Assembly (NCBI GenBank): GCA_951406725.2
Contig: OX597824.1
Span: forward strand, 88,040,001-88,104,000
Length of the DNA stretch: 64,000 nucleotides
Source: Octopus vulgaris
Taxonomy: Eukaryota
Reading direction: 5' to 3'
Part shown: positions 1 through 12,912 of the stretch, in pieces
Layout of the letters: the number at the start of each line of letters is the position of its first letter
Numbering within the stretch: position 1 is the stretch's first letter
Position numbers and translations under genes: made by a program
The notes under the pieces: model-generated
What the model was told of the DNA's origin: nothing
Databases searched by the model: none
What the model saw: the letters and a program-made list of their open reading frames with translations, nothing else

Positions 1-281
1 CAAACACACACACCTATATACATGCACAAACAGAACACAAAAACACACTCACACACACACAAACACACTCACACACACACAAGCACACTTGCACTCGCAC
101 ACACACACACACACACACACAAATACACACGTATACACACACACAAACACACACACATACACATACACACACATACACATTCATACAAATATTCACACAC
201 ACCTATACACATGCACAAAAACACACTCACACACACACAAACACACTCACATACACTCACACACACACACAAGCACACTTG

Positions 282-321
<40 letters not shown>

Positions 322-481
322 TACACACATTTACACACACACAAACACACACACATACACATACACACACACATACACATTCATATAAATACACACACAC
401 ACCTATACACATGCACAAAAACACACTCACACACACACAAACACACTCACATACACTCACACACACACACAAGCACACTTG

Positions 482-521
<40 letters not shown>

Positions 522-846
522 TACACACCTATACACACACACAAACACACACACATACACACATACACATTCATATACATACATAAATACACACACACAC
601 ACACCTATACACATGCACAAAAGCACACTCACACACATGCAAACACACTCACATACACTCACACACACGTAAGCACACTCACACTCACACACACACACGC
701 ACACACAAATACACACTTATACGCACGCACAAACACACATACACATACACGTACACACACATACAAATACACACACACACAAATACACACCTATACACGT
801 GCGCACACACATACACATACACATACACACAAACATACACACACAC
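1..846. repeat. CA-rich compound minisatellite with ~200-bp higher-order unit
   Basis: The block cacctata(c/t)acatgcacaaa...aagcacacttgcactcgcac recurs at ~11, ~200, ~400 and ~602 (last copy diverged) within (CA)n. Confidence 0.9.
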
Positions 847-1314
847 TGAGTGATGAATTGTTCTTATACTGAAGTACATATTTAGAAGCAGGTGGGCCAG
901 ACCATTTTAGAATAAAGTATTTTGACCTGAAATAAATGCTGTGCTGGTGATACAGACACAGATGGTAACTTGATATAAGGAGAAAGGACGAAAATTAACC
1001 TAGGCAACAGTGGAAAGCTGGAATGTGTTACAATAAACATGATAAAAAATATTGATTTCTCTCTGAGTGTACGAACTGTACAGTCATACAGAAAGATGGA
1101 TTGCCAATTATGACAGGAAGGCTGTTATCATAGGTTTTATTCAAGTACAATTGATATGAGTCTAACAAACAACTACAAGTGTTCTCAGCTTGGAAACAGG
1201 TGAGGGTTGGCAACAGGAAGGGCATCCTGTTGTAGAAAATCTGCCTCAACATATTCCATCTGACCCATGCAGGTATGGAAAAGTGAATGTTAAGTGATGA
1301 TTATGACATCAATA

Positions 1315-1648
<334 letters not shown>

Positions 1649-1809
1649 TCAGTAGCAGAATGGCACAGGGGCAAGCTGTAGTTACTCTTGTAGCAAAGCC
1701 CCTGCAGTGTTTTGAATCATAGCTCTCAGATTTTCCCAGTCCAGAACAACCTAATGTATCTCCATAAAAGGAAGAGTGTAACCATATCAGGTATTAACCC
1801 CAAGTAAAT

Positions 1810-2212
1810 ATGATGGTCATTTAAAGACCATCATTGAGAAGAATCCCTGTAAAACCAATCAAGAACTGGCAAAAGAACTTTCTTTAAGTTAGCCAGAAAA
1901 CTGCCTGAAACCATTTGCATGCAATTGGAAAATCAAAAGAGCTCAACAAATGGGTACCACACGATTTGAATAAAAACCTGAAAATGCGCAGATATTAAAT
2001 TTGCTCATCACTTCTCCGTAACCAGACCAATCTATTTCTTGACCATATTGCAACTTCCGATGAAAAATGGATTCTGTACAATAATAAAAAAACATTCTTT
2101 ACAGTGGTTGAACCAAAATGAAACACTCAAATCCTTCCCTAAACCTGAGCTCCTCAAAAAGAAGGTTATGGTAACTCTGCTGGACTCATCCACTATAACT
2201 TCTTAAAACCCA
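1810..2212 (+). mobile_element. Degenerate mariner transposase fragment
   Basis: Translates (with stops/frameshifts) to LKTIIEKNPCKTNQELAKEL...HLHAIGKSKELNKWVPHDL...FLDHIATSDEKWILYNN...PKPELLKKKVMV, matching the mariner WVPHEL and TxDEKW motifs. Confidence 0.85.
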
Positions 2213-2453
2213 GAAAATTTTCACCTAAAATTTTCCCCAAAAATATTCCGAAAATTTTCACCGAATATTTTCCCCCAAAATTTTTCGAAAATTTTCACCG
2301 AAAATTTTCCGAAAATTTTCACCAAAAATTTTACCCAAATATTTTTCGAAAACTTTCACCGAAAATGATGTCCACATTTATAGACTTCAGCATATGGAGC
2401 ATATTCGTTATATGGTTTTTCGAAAATTTTCACCGAAAATTTTACCCGAAAAT
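2212..2453. repeat. Tandem array of ~12/24-bp aaaattttc(a)ccg units
   Basis: gaaaattttcaccgaaaattttcc is repeated, interrupted at ~2365-2415. Confidence 0.85.
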
Positions 2454-2747
2454 TATGATTCCTGGTGGAATTCACTTGATTCATGTTGTTGCACAATGAA
2501 CAGGGCTTACCTTTCTTGCAGCTGCTTTTCAAGGTATAGCATGGAAAAACTCCAATGTTAGTTTTCTGGGAGTCAGAAGAAGAGGTTAATAGATCTCTTA
2601 TATTTTAGCTTTTAGACAGAATAAAAATATAAGAGAACTATTAACCCCTACTTCTGACTCCAAGAAAACTAACATTGGAATTTCTGTAAGGTAAGCCATG
2701 TTCATTGTGCAACAACATTAGTCATGTGAATTCCATCGGAAATTATA
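2454..2747. mobile_element. Foldback/MITE-like palindrome
   Basis: Left arm tggaattcacttgattcatgttgttgcacaatgaacagggcttacctt...ctcttatatttt is the near reverse complement of right arm aaaatataagag...aaggtaagccatgttcattgtgcaacaacattagtcatgtgaattcca. TA at both ends. Confidence 0.8.
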
Positions 2748-3198
2748 GCAGAAATGTTATGATTTACATGGAAGGTGGGATGTGTAGAGATTCCCATTTG
2801 GTGTATGCAGCAGAATGTATGAAACACAACTTGATTTATGTTGGTTGTACAACAGAACAATCAAACAAAAGTTTCAATGGGCACAGATAATAATAATAAT
2901 AATAGTCAGTTGTTTGACCTTAACCAATTGACTATGTCCCTTAGTGGCTGACGATATTTGCATCTCTGATCATGAGCAGAAGTAGTGGGAGAGCATCATA
3001 GCTGTGTATTGAGAGGGATTCTTTGGGGTTTGAATAATTCACCTATGGAAACATGGGTGTTTCATTCAACATACTTAAACAACCCTTATTCAGGGACCTT
3101 TTGAGCGAGATGGGTTACTCGACCAGAAGAAAATTCTAACTGGGCTTCGTATATTTTACCCCAGTGTCACTTTGATGGCATGCACTGCTCTCTCACTC

Positions 3199-3227
<29 letters not shown>

Positions 3228-3230
<3 letters not shown>

Positions 3231-3441
3231 TCCTTTCTACTATAGGCACAAACCTGAAATTTGTGGGGAGGGGTAAGTTGATTGCATCGACCCCAGTACT
3301 TGACTGGTACTTAATTTATTGACCCCAAAAGAATGAAAGGCAAAGTCAACTTTGAAAGAATTTGAACTCAGAACATAAAGACAATCAAAATACTGCTAAG
3401 CATTTTGCCTGGTGTGCTAACGATTCTGCCAGCTCACCACC

Positions 3442-3443
<2 letters not shown>
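3228..3443 (-). mobile_element. SINE family B (head ggtggtgagctggcagaa; core ctttcatcctttcggggtcgataaattaagtaccag)
   Basis: Many homologous copies: ~3884-4186(-), 13090-13320(-), 16145-16355(-), 30608-31035(+), 42902-43133(+), 46275-46450(-), 47960-48545(-), 49745-49925(+), 51715-51890(+), 52473-52685(+), 52760-52975(+), 53140-53590(+). B-box-like gagttcaaatt. Confidence 0.85.
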
Positions 3444-3474
<31 letters not shown>

Positions 3475-3477
<3 letters not shown>

Positions 3478-3838
3478 GAGCACTCAGAGAGCACAAACCT
3501 CCATCAAGGGAACACCAAAGTTCTTTCAACGATTACTCGGAGAGGATTTTTAAAATGAGAATATCTGAATAAACTCAACTGCTCTCACAAACAAGAATAC
3601 CAAAAATGAACCTGACCACTCTCAAAAATTAAGTAAAAATACAGGAAAAATAACTCAGAATCCTTGTCTGGTACTGGATCGATCCCAAAATCTAATCAGT
3701 TCGTGCCAGTCACAAGGCCTAACATTCCTGAAAGTTTCATCCAAATCCATTCAGCGGTTCTTGAGATACCTTGTCCATGGACAAACAAACAAACAAACAC
3801 AACTGGAAACAATGCCTCCGCCTTCAAGGCAGAGGTAA
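3475..3838 (+). mobile_element. Helentron-associated non-autonomous element (DINE-1/pearl-like HINE)
   Basis: Subterminal acctcc motif, internal (ACAA)n and 3' hairpin gcctccgccttc-aaggcagaggt; this is the DINE-1/pearl architecture. Confidence 0.65.
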
Positions 3839-4223
3839 TAATAATAATAATTATAATAAAAATAATAATAATAATAATAATAATTTCTACTATAGGCACA
3901 AGGCCTGACATTTTGGGGGCAGGGGATAGTCAATTACATCAACCCCAGTGTTTCACTGGTATTTAATATATTCTCTTCTGCTCTAGGCACAAGGCTCGAA
4001 ATTTTGGGGGAGGGGGCCAGTCGATTAGCTCCACCCCAGTATGCAACTGGTACTTAATTTATTGACCCTGAAAGGATGAAAGGCAAAGTCAACCTCGGTG
4101 AAATTTGAACTCAGAACGTAAAGACAGACGAAATACCGCTAAGCATTTCGCTCGATGTGCTAGCATCTCTGCCAGCTTGCCACCTTAATAATAATAGTAA
4201 TAATAATAATAATAGTAGTAGTA

Positions 4224-4302
<79 letters not shown>

Positions 4303-4303
<1 letters not shown>

Positions 4304-6220
4304 TTCGTGTGGCATTTTCCAGGGTGACTCACTGTCACCACTCCTCTTTTGTTTATCCTTAATACCTCTCTCAAAGCTGCTCAATGACGCGCAGTACGGG
4401 TATAAAATGTTTGATAAAAATATAAATCATCTCATTTACATGGATGATTTAAAGCTTTTTGCAAAAAATGACCAACAACTCAAGGGCTTACTAGCGATAG
4501 TCAAACAACTCAGTGACGACATTAGAATGCAATTCGGCCTCGATAAATGTGCATAAGCTACCTTTATCAAAGGAAAAATGACAGAAACATCTAACGTTAA
4601 CCTTGACCAGCAGAATGTCATAAAAGAATTAGACCCAGCGGAGAGCTACAAGTACCAGGGGTAATTAAAGGGAACGGAATAAGGCATTCAGAGATGAAGG
4701 AAAGGATCAGGAGAGAATGCTATCGAAGAGTGAGAGCAATACTCAAGACAGAGCTGAATGCAAGAAACAGGATCGAAGCGATCAATGCATTAGCCATACC
4801 AGTCGTGACTTACAGTTTCAATATTGTTAACTGGTCAATTACTGAAATATGTCAGCTCGACAGAAAAATAAGGAAACTGTTGACAATGCATAGAATGCAC
4901 CACCCTAAGGCAGATACAGAACGACTCTATCTGCCAAGAAAAGAGGGAGGCCGTGGTCTTTTGCAACTGGCAATAACAATGAAGATTGCTACAATTGGCC
5001 TAGACACCTACCTGAAAAACTCTGAGGACTGGATGTTAAAACTTGTCTCAAAACATGAAAACAAGAAAGCATCATACTCAGTAACAAAACAGGCAAAGGA
5101 ATATCTAAGTGAATTCCGAATACAACCAATTTCGGAATTAGAGATAGATATACAAGAAACAAGCACAGAAAAAGCTAGGCGCATGAAAACCCGTGCCAAA
5201 ACTGCGGCCTTAGATATTCTGAATAATAAATGGCAAGAAAAACCTCTCTATGGCAAATACCCAAAGAGAGCGAATAATGCAGATATCGACAAAGCCCTGA
5301 CCCACCAATGGCTAATGGCCTCTGGCTTAAAATCTGAAACTGAGGGGTTTATCATAGCAGCTCAAGATCAATGCCTACCAACAAGAAACTACCAGGCCAA
5401 CATATTAAAGAACGGCAGTAGCCCAACATGTCGTGTATGCCGACAACAAAATGAAACCATTGACCATGTTGTCTCCAAATGCAGTCTTCTAGCGCCTACA
5501 GAGTACCTCAGTAGGCATGATAGAGCTGCACAATATATTCACTGGGTAATATGCAAAAACCTGGATTTGCCCCATGAAAAAAACTGGTGGGAATACAATC
5601 CACCTCCTGTGCTTGAAAATGACCACATCTCACTCCTCTGGAACTTCACCATTCAAACTGACAGGAAGATAGATGCAAATAGGCCAGACATTATATTGAA
5701 AGACTTCAGACAAAGAACATGCCTCCTCATTGATATGACTGTCCCAATCGATATAAACGTATCTGTCAAGACCTACCAAAAACTGAGCAAATATAAAGAT
5801 CTTGAAATAGAAATCAGCAAAATGTGGAAGCTGAAGACTAAAACAATACCTGTTGTCATAGGTGCCCTGGGAATGATAGCGAAAGGGACTGATTGCTACC
5901 TAACTCAGATACCAGGAAACCCCAAAATGGCAGAAATTCAAAAGATAGTGCTCATGGGAACTGCTCATATCCTACGCAAAATACTCTCTATGTAATCCCA
6001 AGGTTTAAAACAAACTTTTTTGTTTATTTATTTATTTATTTATTTAATTTATTTATTTATTTTTTATTTTTATGTATTAGACATTCACTAGTACAACACA
6101 AAAAAAAAAAAAAAAACCCCAAATATATGGCACAGAACTTCCAACCTGTTGTCTCTTGAGGTCTCTGGGTGAGACTTGGAGCCAACTTGTACAGACATAA
6201 AGCAAAAGTCAAACATAGAA
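4303..6220 (+). mobile_element. 5'-truncated non-LTR retrotransposon with RT and restriction-like endonuclease (R4/Dong-type), inserted in (TAA)n
   Basis: RT motifs GIFQGDSLSPLLF and YMDD; CCHC finger CRVC..ETIDHVVSKC, RHD, RPDI..LLIDMTVP..K..KYKDL. Stop at 4554-4556 and a frameshift near 4660. The 3' UTR ends at caaacatagaa, with (TAA)n on both flanks. Confidence 0.92.
4694..5995 (+). pseudogene. Open 433-codon remnant of the RT-thumb/zinc-knuckle/RLE part of the element above
   Basis: ORF track; LYLPRKEGGRGL, CCHC and PD-(D/E)xK motifs. Confidence 0.85.
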
Positions 6221-6405
6221 TAATAATAATAATAATAATAATAATAGTAATAAAGAACTATTACTACCATGTATTTTAATTTATGAACTAGTGAGTTTAG
6301 TTTAATGGCCTACCAATGTATACTATGAGTTTCTTTGCCCTAGGAGTCGGGAAGACACTCGGCAAGAAATGGAAGCAAATTTGAAAGAAGAAAAAAAAAG
6401 ATAAC

Positions 6406-6461
<56 letters not shown>

Positions 6462-6477
6462 TGATAATAACAATAAC

Positions 6478-6516
<39 letters not shown>

Positions 6517-6518
<2 letters not shown>

Positions 6519-7060
6519 TATGAGATAACTGGTGCTTGGTACCAGCATACACTGAAAAAGATAATGGACAAAAAGGGGAAGGCAAAAATTCTCTGGGACT
6601 TTGACTTGCACACAGACAAGATGTTAGAGCACTGAAGGCCAGATATAGTAAACTTTAGGAGGGACAAACAAGAGTGCCTAATAATCGAGGGAGCAGTGCC
6701 AGGGGATCAACATATCATCATGAAAGAAAAAGAAAAGATTGATAGATATGGAGACCTGAGAATTGAGATTGCCAAGATGTGGAAGCTGCAAGAGTCAAGC
6801 ATAAAGGTTGTTCCTATTGTTATCGGAGCATTGGGTTCAATACCACCCAACTTGAAGAAACATCTGGAAACTTTAGAAGTACCCTACAATTTTGGTATAT
6901 TGCAAAAATTGGCATTACTTAGGATTTCACACATATTACATAAAGTACTGTCTGCCTGAGGTCCTTGTTGTGACTCGGCAGATAGTATAAGCCCCTTGTA
7001 GACACAATAGCTTCAATCAACAACATCATGATATTGGATACTGTGTGATGTCTTAAATAA
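6517..7060 (+). mobile_element. Second, divergent R4/Dong-type element (RLE domain and 3' UTR only)
   Basis: WYQH..KILWDFDLHTDKMLEH*RPDIV..ECLIIEGAVPGD..KIDRYGDL..MWK..VVPIVIGALG. Begins directly after (TAA)n. Confidence 0.85.
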
Positions 7061-7069
7061 TAATGGTTG

Positions 7070-7301
7070 TCTACGTCCCGTGCTGGTGGCACATAAAAAG
7101 CACCAACCGATCGTGGCCATTTGTCAGCCTCCCCTGGCACGTAAAAAGCACCCACTACACTCACGGAGTGGTTGGCGTTAGGAAGGGCATCCAGCTGTAG
7201 AAACACTGCCAGATCAGACTGGAGCCTGGTGCAGCCTCCTGGCTTCCCAGACCCCGGTTGAACCGCCCAACCCATGCTAGAATGGAAAACGGACGTTAAA
7301 C

Positions 7302-7337
<36 letters not shown>
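7070..7337 (+). mobile_element. RTE-type LINE 3' end (family C) with (GAT)n tail
   Basis: gtggttggcgttaggaagggcatccagctg...ggacgttaaacgatgatgat. Copies at ~1190-1300(+), 9130-9560(-), 15209-15440(-), 23850-24050(-), 32560-32760(-), 40903-41090(-), 41325-41580(-), 43987-44451(+), 46790-47000(-), 50080-50700(-), 51522-51668(+). Confidence 0.85.
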
Positions 7338-7338
<1 letters not shown>

Positions 7339-7991
7339 TCCTTTTAATACCCTATGTTTACTATGCTAGCATAGGTTTGATGGGTTTGCAAAATATTACT
7401 TTGCATTTCCACTCAGTCTTGTAAGACCTTACCCCACCAACATTCTGAGATCTGGGCCTCACCAATTGCTTCCACACCTTCTGTGGCCTGCCCCTACTAT
7501 ATATACACACCACTAACAGTAAATTGTATAAATTTGTAAAACCATCCAACCTGCTAATATAGCAATTGAATTAAAAACAATTACGCTATCACATTGACAC
7601 AACTTCCACAACTTTATATGGTAGAGGATTGGTTCGATTGATTTAACCAGTATTGATTGATGCTTGAGGGTGATGGCAAGTAAAATCAACTCTGGCAGAT
7701 CTTGCACACAAACTGTACCAAAATAGAATTAAATATCTCAAGGCATTTTGACCAGCACTATGCAGCTATTCCTGGTTCTAAAACGATTTCTTTTGTCTGA
7801 GTGTGTGTAGCTTGTTTGTAAAGAAAGCATGTCTAACTAACTGAGTAGACTCCCCTTTATTACATGTACTGACGTCACCAACGCCGCTGCAGTGATGAGA
7901 GAAGTTTGATTCCAGCATCATTTGAATATGGAAGTAGGAATCACCGCAATTTTTTATTTTCAAGATATGTTTTCCATGATTTAAAAGTAAT

Positions 7992-8234
7992 ATATTCTGT
8001 TGTGTTTGGGGAGAGTCATTTTCTTTTTGTGCCTTATTATTTAACACACACACTGGTAAAATTTCCACTTATTTCTTATTTTTATTTTCCTAAAATTTTC
8101 GATGCATGTTGCAACCTCATGCAACGAAAATTTTAGGAAAATAAAAATAAAAAATAAGTGGAAATTTTACTGGTGAGTGTGTTACATAATAAGGCACAAA
8201 AAGAAAATGACTCTCCCCAAACACAACAGAATAT
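7992..8234. repeat. Palindrome with ~117-bp arms and a ~9-bp spacer
   Basis: atattctgttgtgtttggggagagtcattttc...aaaattttcgatgcatg pairs with catgcaacgaaaattttagg...gactctccccaaacacaacagaatat. A single-arm copy lies at ~23100-23270. Confidence 0.9.
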
Positions 8235-8611
8235 GCTTCAACACACGAACTCATATAAAGAATCTTGCAAACCAAATCCAAAAATGAAAAGTAATTTATT
8301 TTTCTCAATTCTCAAAAATAAAATATACCAAAAGTTAGTTAGTCCCCCACCCTACCCCCTCACCTTTTTCAGGAAAAGAAATTCGTGATTGAATGATCCG
8401 GAATTTTTTCTTGTAATGAAATTTTTCTTTTATCATTATATTTTTTTTTTGTGGGGGAGGGGAATAATTTCTAATAAAGCCAGGAAGCTATCAGCCATAA
8501 AACAGATCTTGAGTAACCACTTAGAATATTGAGAGTTACAAAAGAAAACAAAACAAACAAAAAATTCTAATGAGAAGCTGCCTTAAGAATCATAAAGCAA
8601 TTTGCACAAGA

Positions 8612-8839
8612 TTTAACCTGTTTGATATCAAAACAACAACTAAAACTGCCCCTTGGTCCTAAAATAAAAAATTCCTTATTTTAAACAATTTAAATTAAAA
8701 CCTACCAAAAAAATTCATGTAAATTTGTTCCAAACACCAGCTTAATAATGACAAGGTTATTTTATTAAATTCTTTATTATTTTCAAAATGGAAACAAAGG
8801 CAGTGTATTTCAGTAGAGATTTAGAGACAAAAAGGTTAA
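8612..8839. mobile_element. piggyBac-type MITE (TTAA flanks), old copy
   Basis: ttaacctgtttgatatc...acaaaaaggttaa; internally similar to 37728-38141. Confidence 0.6.
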
Positions 8840-9789
8840 GAATATAAAAATTTCAAAATATAAAAACATAGTGTTGGATAAGGGACAGAAGTTAATTTTT
8901 GCCAAAAAGTAGTATATATGATTACCTCAACTCCAGGAAATTATATGTATTTAGTTTTTCTTAACTCTGGATGGATAATAGACGGAGTCAATTCTGGGGA
9001 TTTCGTTTCAGAATATGGAGGGATGAAACGAAATAGTATACTTTCCATCAAACAATCTACAATTTTTGTCTTCTAACTGACCAAAAGTAATAGTATATTA
9101 CAATAGGGGGAAAAATGCCCTGAACCTGTTCATCATCATCATTATCAACATCATCGTTTAACGTCCGCTTTCCATGCTAGCATGGGTTGGACAATTTGAC
9201 TGAGGACTGGCAAACCAGATGGCTGCACCAGGCTCCAGTCTTAATTTGGCAGAGTTTCTACAGCTGGATGCCCTTCCTAACGCCAACCACTCTGAGAGTG
9301 TAGTGGGTGATTTTATGTGCCACCGGCATGAGGGCCAGTCAGGTGGTACTGGTAACAGCCACGCTCAAATGGTGCTTTTTATGTGCCACCTGCACAGGAA
9401 CCAGTCGAGCGGCACTGGCAATGATCTTGCTTGAATGTTTTTTCACGTGCCACCGGCACAAGTGCAAATCCTCCTGTTTTGCAAAAGAAACTGATTGAAT
9501 GGTGTTCTTTATGTGCCACCGGCATGGAGGCCAACTTGTTGCTCTGGCAACAATCATGCTTGTATGGTACTCTTAGTGCTCCATTAGCATGGATGTCAGT
9601 CATCGAATTTGATTTTAAAATTCAGACTTTCTAGTATTATTATTTTTAGCAAGGTGAAAACTGGTTATTTTTATAACAGCTGTATAAAACTCAACTATAC
9701 ACACAAGAGTGAGAAGAAAAAAACCAGAAAAAAACCCAAAAACAATCCACCACTTAAGGTTGAAAATTTTGGGGTGCTGGGAAACTTCC

Positions 9790-9940
9790 CTAATGACTTT
9801 TGAGGTAAGCCAGCAGCTCTGGAACAACCAAGAACCCTCATGAGCTTCACCAGTTACCTCTGCTAGGCGAGCTGCCAGTGAAGACAGGGATCTCGCAGTC
9901 AGTGGTCTGACCCCACCAAATGTCTTGAACACCACATGAT
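9790..9940 (-). mobile_element. Remnant of the RLE C-terminus of a CRE-like non-LTR element
   Basis: VFKTFGGVRPLTARSLSSLAARLAEVTGEAHEGSWLFQ resembles the xETxG..G..A..L..L.RRL...TG....SWLFQR terminus of CRE-type RLE domains. Confidence 0.55.
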
Positions 9941-10412
9941 GGAAAATGTATATATAAATGCTTATTCAAACTTCAAAGGGAAGTCTGGTTGTTATATAAC
10001 AGTGATAAACAGAATCAAAATGGTATCGAAATAGCACAACAGAGATAAAGTTGTGAGGTTAAGCTGTTCAAACTGATATGAACGCTTATAGACTTATATA
10101 ACTTAATCCTTGGTAACTGAAGAATGCCTTTGATGTGAAGAATTTTGAGAAGAACCAAGATACTTTTGATAAAAACAAAAATAATTCTCATTTAAGCAGG
10201 AAATGATTGAATTTAAACCAGTTGTGTGAGAATGATACTTCTCACAGAAGTCTATATTTAAGCATTGCATCTTAGCAAAGGAAACAGATAAAAATGAGAA
10301 TAGTTTCAGTCATATAGTGAGCGTTTTCATAAAACAAAAATATAGAACTTTATATAAACCAAAAATAGCTTTCTCTATCTGTAATTTTTATGACTGTCGG
10401 AAATGTTTCGAA

Positions 10413-10532
10413 TAAATTAATATTTTCAGGGTATGGTGCTTTTACCCTGGTATAGCTTTGAGCACTGAAATATAATTTCAAACAAAATTAATTCTGTCTG
10501 TCTGTCTGTCTATCTGTCTGTCTGTCTATCTG

Positions 10533-10565
<33 letters not shown>

Positions 10566-10567
10566 TG

Positions 10568-10621
<54 letters not shown>

Positions 10622-11024
10622 TGATCTATCTATCTATCTTTCTATCTATTGCTATCTATCTATCGGTCAATCTATCATCATCATCATCATCATCACTATC
10701 ACTGCCACCACCACCACCACCACCACCATCACCACCACCACCAACACCACAGGGATTCAGATGATTTACAAAGTTTTATTCCAACAATATCTCTGGTGGT
10801 AGTGATGGCAGCAGTGGTGATGATATTGATGATGATAGATAGACAGACAGACAGGCAGATAGATAGATAGATAGATAGATAGATGGATGGATGGATGGAT
10901 GGATGGATGGATGGATGGGTGGATGGGTGGATGGATGGATGGAATTCAATTTTTAAAATTATATTTCAATGCTCAACATATACTAGAGTAAAAGCATCAT
11001 TATGACATTAAAATATTCACTTTA
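10413..11024. repeat. ~610-bp foldback with complementary microsatellites inside its arms
   Basis: Unique ~80-bp outer arms (tatggtgcttttaccctggtata..ttgagcactgaaatataatt / aattatatttcaatgctcaa..tatactagagtaaaagcatcat) enclose (TGTC)(TATC)(CAT)(CAC) on the left and (GTG)(GAT)(GATA)(GACA)(GGAT) on the right. Confidence 0.8.
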
Positions 11025-11299
11025 AGCCATTTCCAATAATTTCAATTGATGAGGGGGGGGGGAGAATGCAGGGTGAGATGATGTGAGTAGTGTGTGAGCT
11101 GACCAGTGAGGGGGTTGCAGTAGAAGGGTCCCACAATTTGTAGCAGTTAAAATGGAAGGGAAGTGGTGGGGACCAGGTCCTGTGAGGTAAAGCAGAGCAA
11201 AAGAAAGGGGTTGAACTGAAGGACACATGCTCGATGACACCGATTGGAAGAAGGTAGGTGGAAAGAGGAAGGGATTAGGAATTAGGGGAAGCACCGGGG

Positions 11300-12043
11300 C
11301 TTTACAGAGTATTGAGAATAATATTGAGTGGACAGAGGGAACAGATGTGGTGGGCAAGAGGGACGACCGATCTGGTATGGTCATGTTTTGTGTATAGATG
11401 AGGACAGTTGTGTGAAAAAGTGTTACACCCTAGCAGTAGAGGGAACCAGTGGAAGAGGTAGACCCAGGAAGACCTGGGACCAGGTGATGAAGCACAACCT
11501 TCAAACATTGGGCCTCGATGAGGTGATATTAAGTGACTGAGACTTTTGGAGATATGCTGTGCTTGAGAAGACCTGGCAAGCCAAGTGAGACTGTATCTGT
11601 GGCCTATGCCAGTGCAGCATAACCAGTCCATTCAAGAGTACCCTTCAATCATTGGGCAATAAACTGTACTTGCGAAGACCTGTTGAGGCAAGTGAAGTTG
11701 TTGTAGTGGCTGATGACAGTATCACCTGATTGGCACCCATGCCAGTGGCACGTAAAAAGCACCATCCAAGTGTGGTCGTTGCCAGTGCCAGCTGACTGGT
11801 CCCATGTTGGTAGCAGGTAAAAAGCACCATTCAAGTGTGGTTGTTGCCAGTGCTGCCTGACTGGCCTTTGTGCTGGTGGCACATAAAAAGCACCTGCCAC
11901 ACTCTCAGAGTTGTTGGCATTAGGTAGCCCATCCAGCTGTAGAAACTTTGCTAGATCAGATTGGAGCCTGGTGCAGCCTTCTGGCTTGCCAGCTGTAAGT
12001 CAAACCGTCCAGCCCATGCCAGCATGGAAAGCAGACATTAAAC

Positions 12044-12078
<35 letters not shown>
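11300..12078 (+). mobile_element. RTE-clade LINE 3' portion: ORF C-terminus, repeat-containing 3' UTR and (GAT)n tail
   Basis: RPIWYGHVLCIDEDSCVKKCYTLAVEGTSGRGRPRKTWDQV is the typical RTE C-terminus; it is followed by the family C sequence. Confidence 0.85.
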
Positions 12079-12912
12079 GAGTTATAAGAAGTTAATAGTT
12101 AATGTTTAAAATGTGGTCATTAAGGATGAACAGAAGTGTAAAGTAGTCTGTGGTAGGAGACGGAGAAGAGAACAAAAGGTAAATATATTAAATAAAAAAG
12201 TAGACATTCACAATCCATCTATATACACTGTGCATACATTTCACATAGTACTTAGAATCCTATATGCAATGTATGCAGACAACATATACAGCCATATAGT
12301 ATTTATGTTTACATATACCAATAGACACACATACATAACAAAACACTAACAAAATATATACCAAACAATAACACCTTTAGAAGATGGATAGCATTGAAGA
12401 TGTGAGGCAGCATAAGAGGAACTTGAGGTGTGTATTAAGGCCCTGTAGTACAAAAGTGCCCAGGTAGAAGATAAGACATTACTCTTGTGTTTGCAGATCT
12501 CATTAGAGTCAAGATATTGAACAACATCGTAGCCTGTGAGATAGTGTAAGGAGTGACTGAACAGATTAGAATGTCAGGATATGGGTTTGAGAACTCACTG
12601 AGTATTATTATAAGTGTCCAGTAAATGCTCATAAAACCTATTTCCCAAATGGTAATGTATTTCCTCTATGAAATAATGCACCAAAGAGTTTGCATGTTGT
12701 GCTGTATATTAGGCTCAAGGGCATGCAGTCAAAGTGGTTGATCACATTCATACTAAACATGGGGTCCTCTGGAGTGGCTGTATAAAAAATGAAGGGACAA
12801 GTAAAGCATTGAGGTTGAGAGCCCCTGAATGTGTCAGATTGGGTGCATTTAGAAAAGAAATTCCCAACTGAAAGACTGCACAGTTTATTGATCTCATTGC
12901 AAGGATAAGAAT

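Noticed and set aside
14-879. Many ORFs of HT/CV/YI/poly-I/poly-D type here and throughout the window
   Set aside because: Translations of microsatellites, with no domain content.
850-935. Minus-strand PPASKYV as the missing stonin last exon (similar to PPEKYV)
   Set aside because: The surrounding residues do not match the MHD C-terminus.
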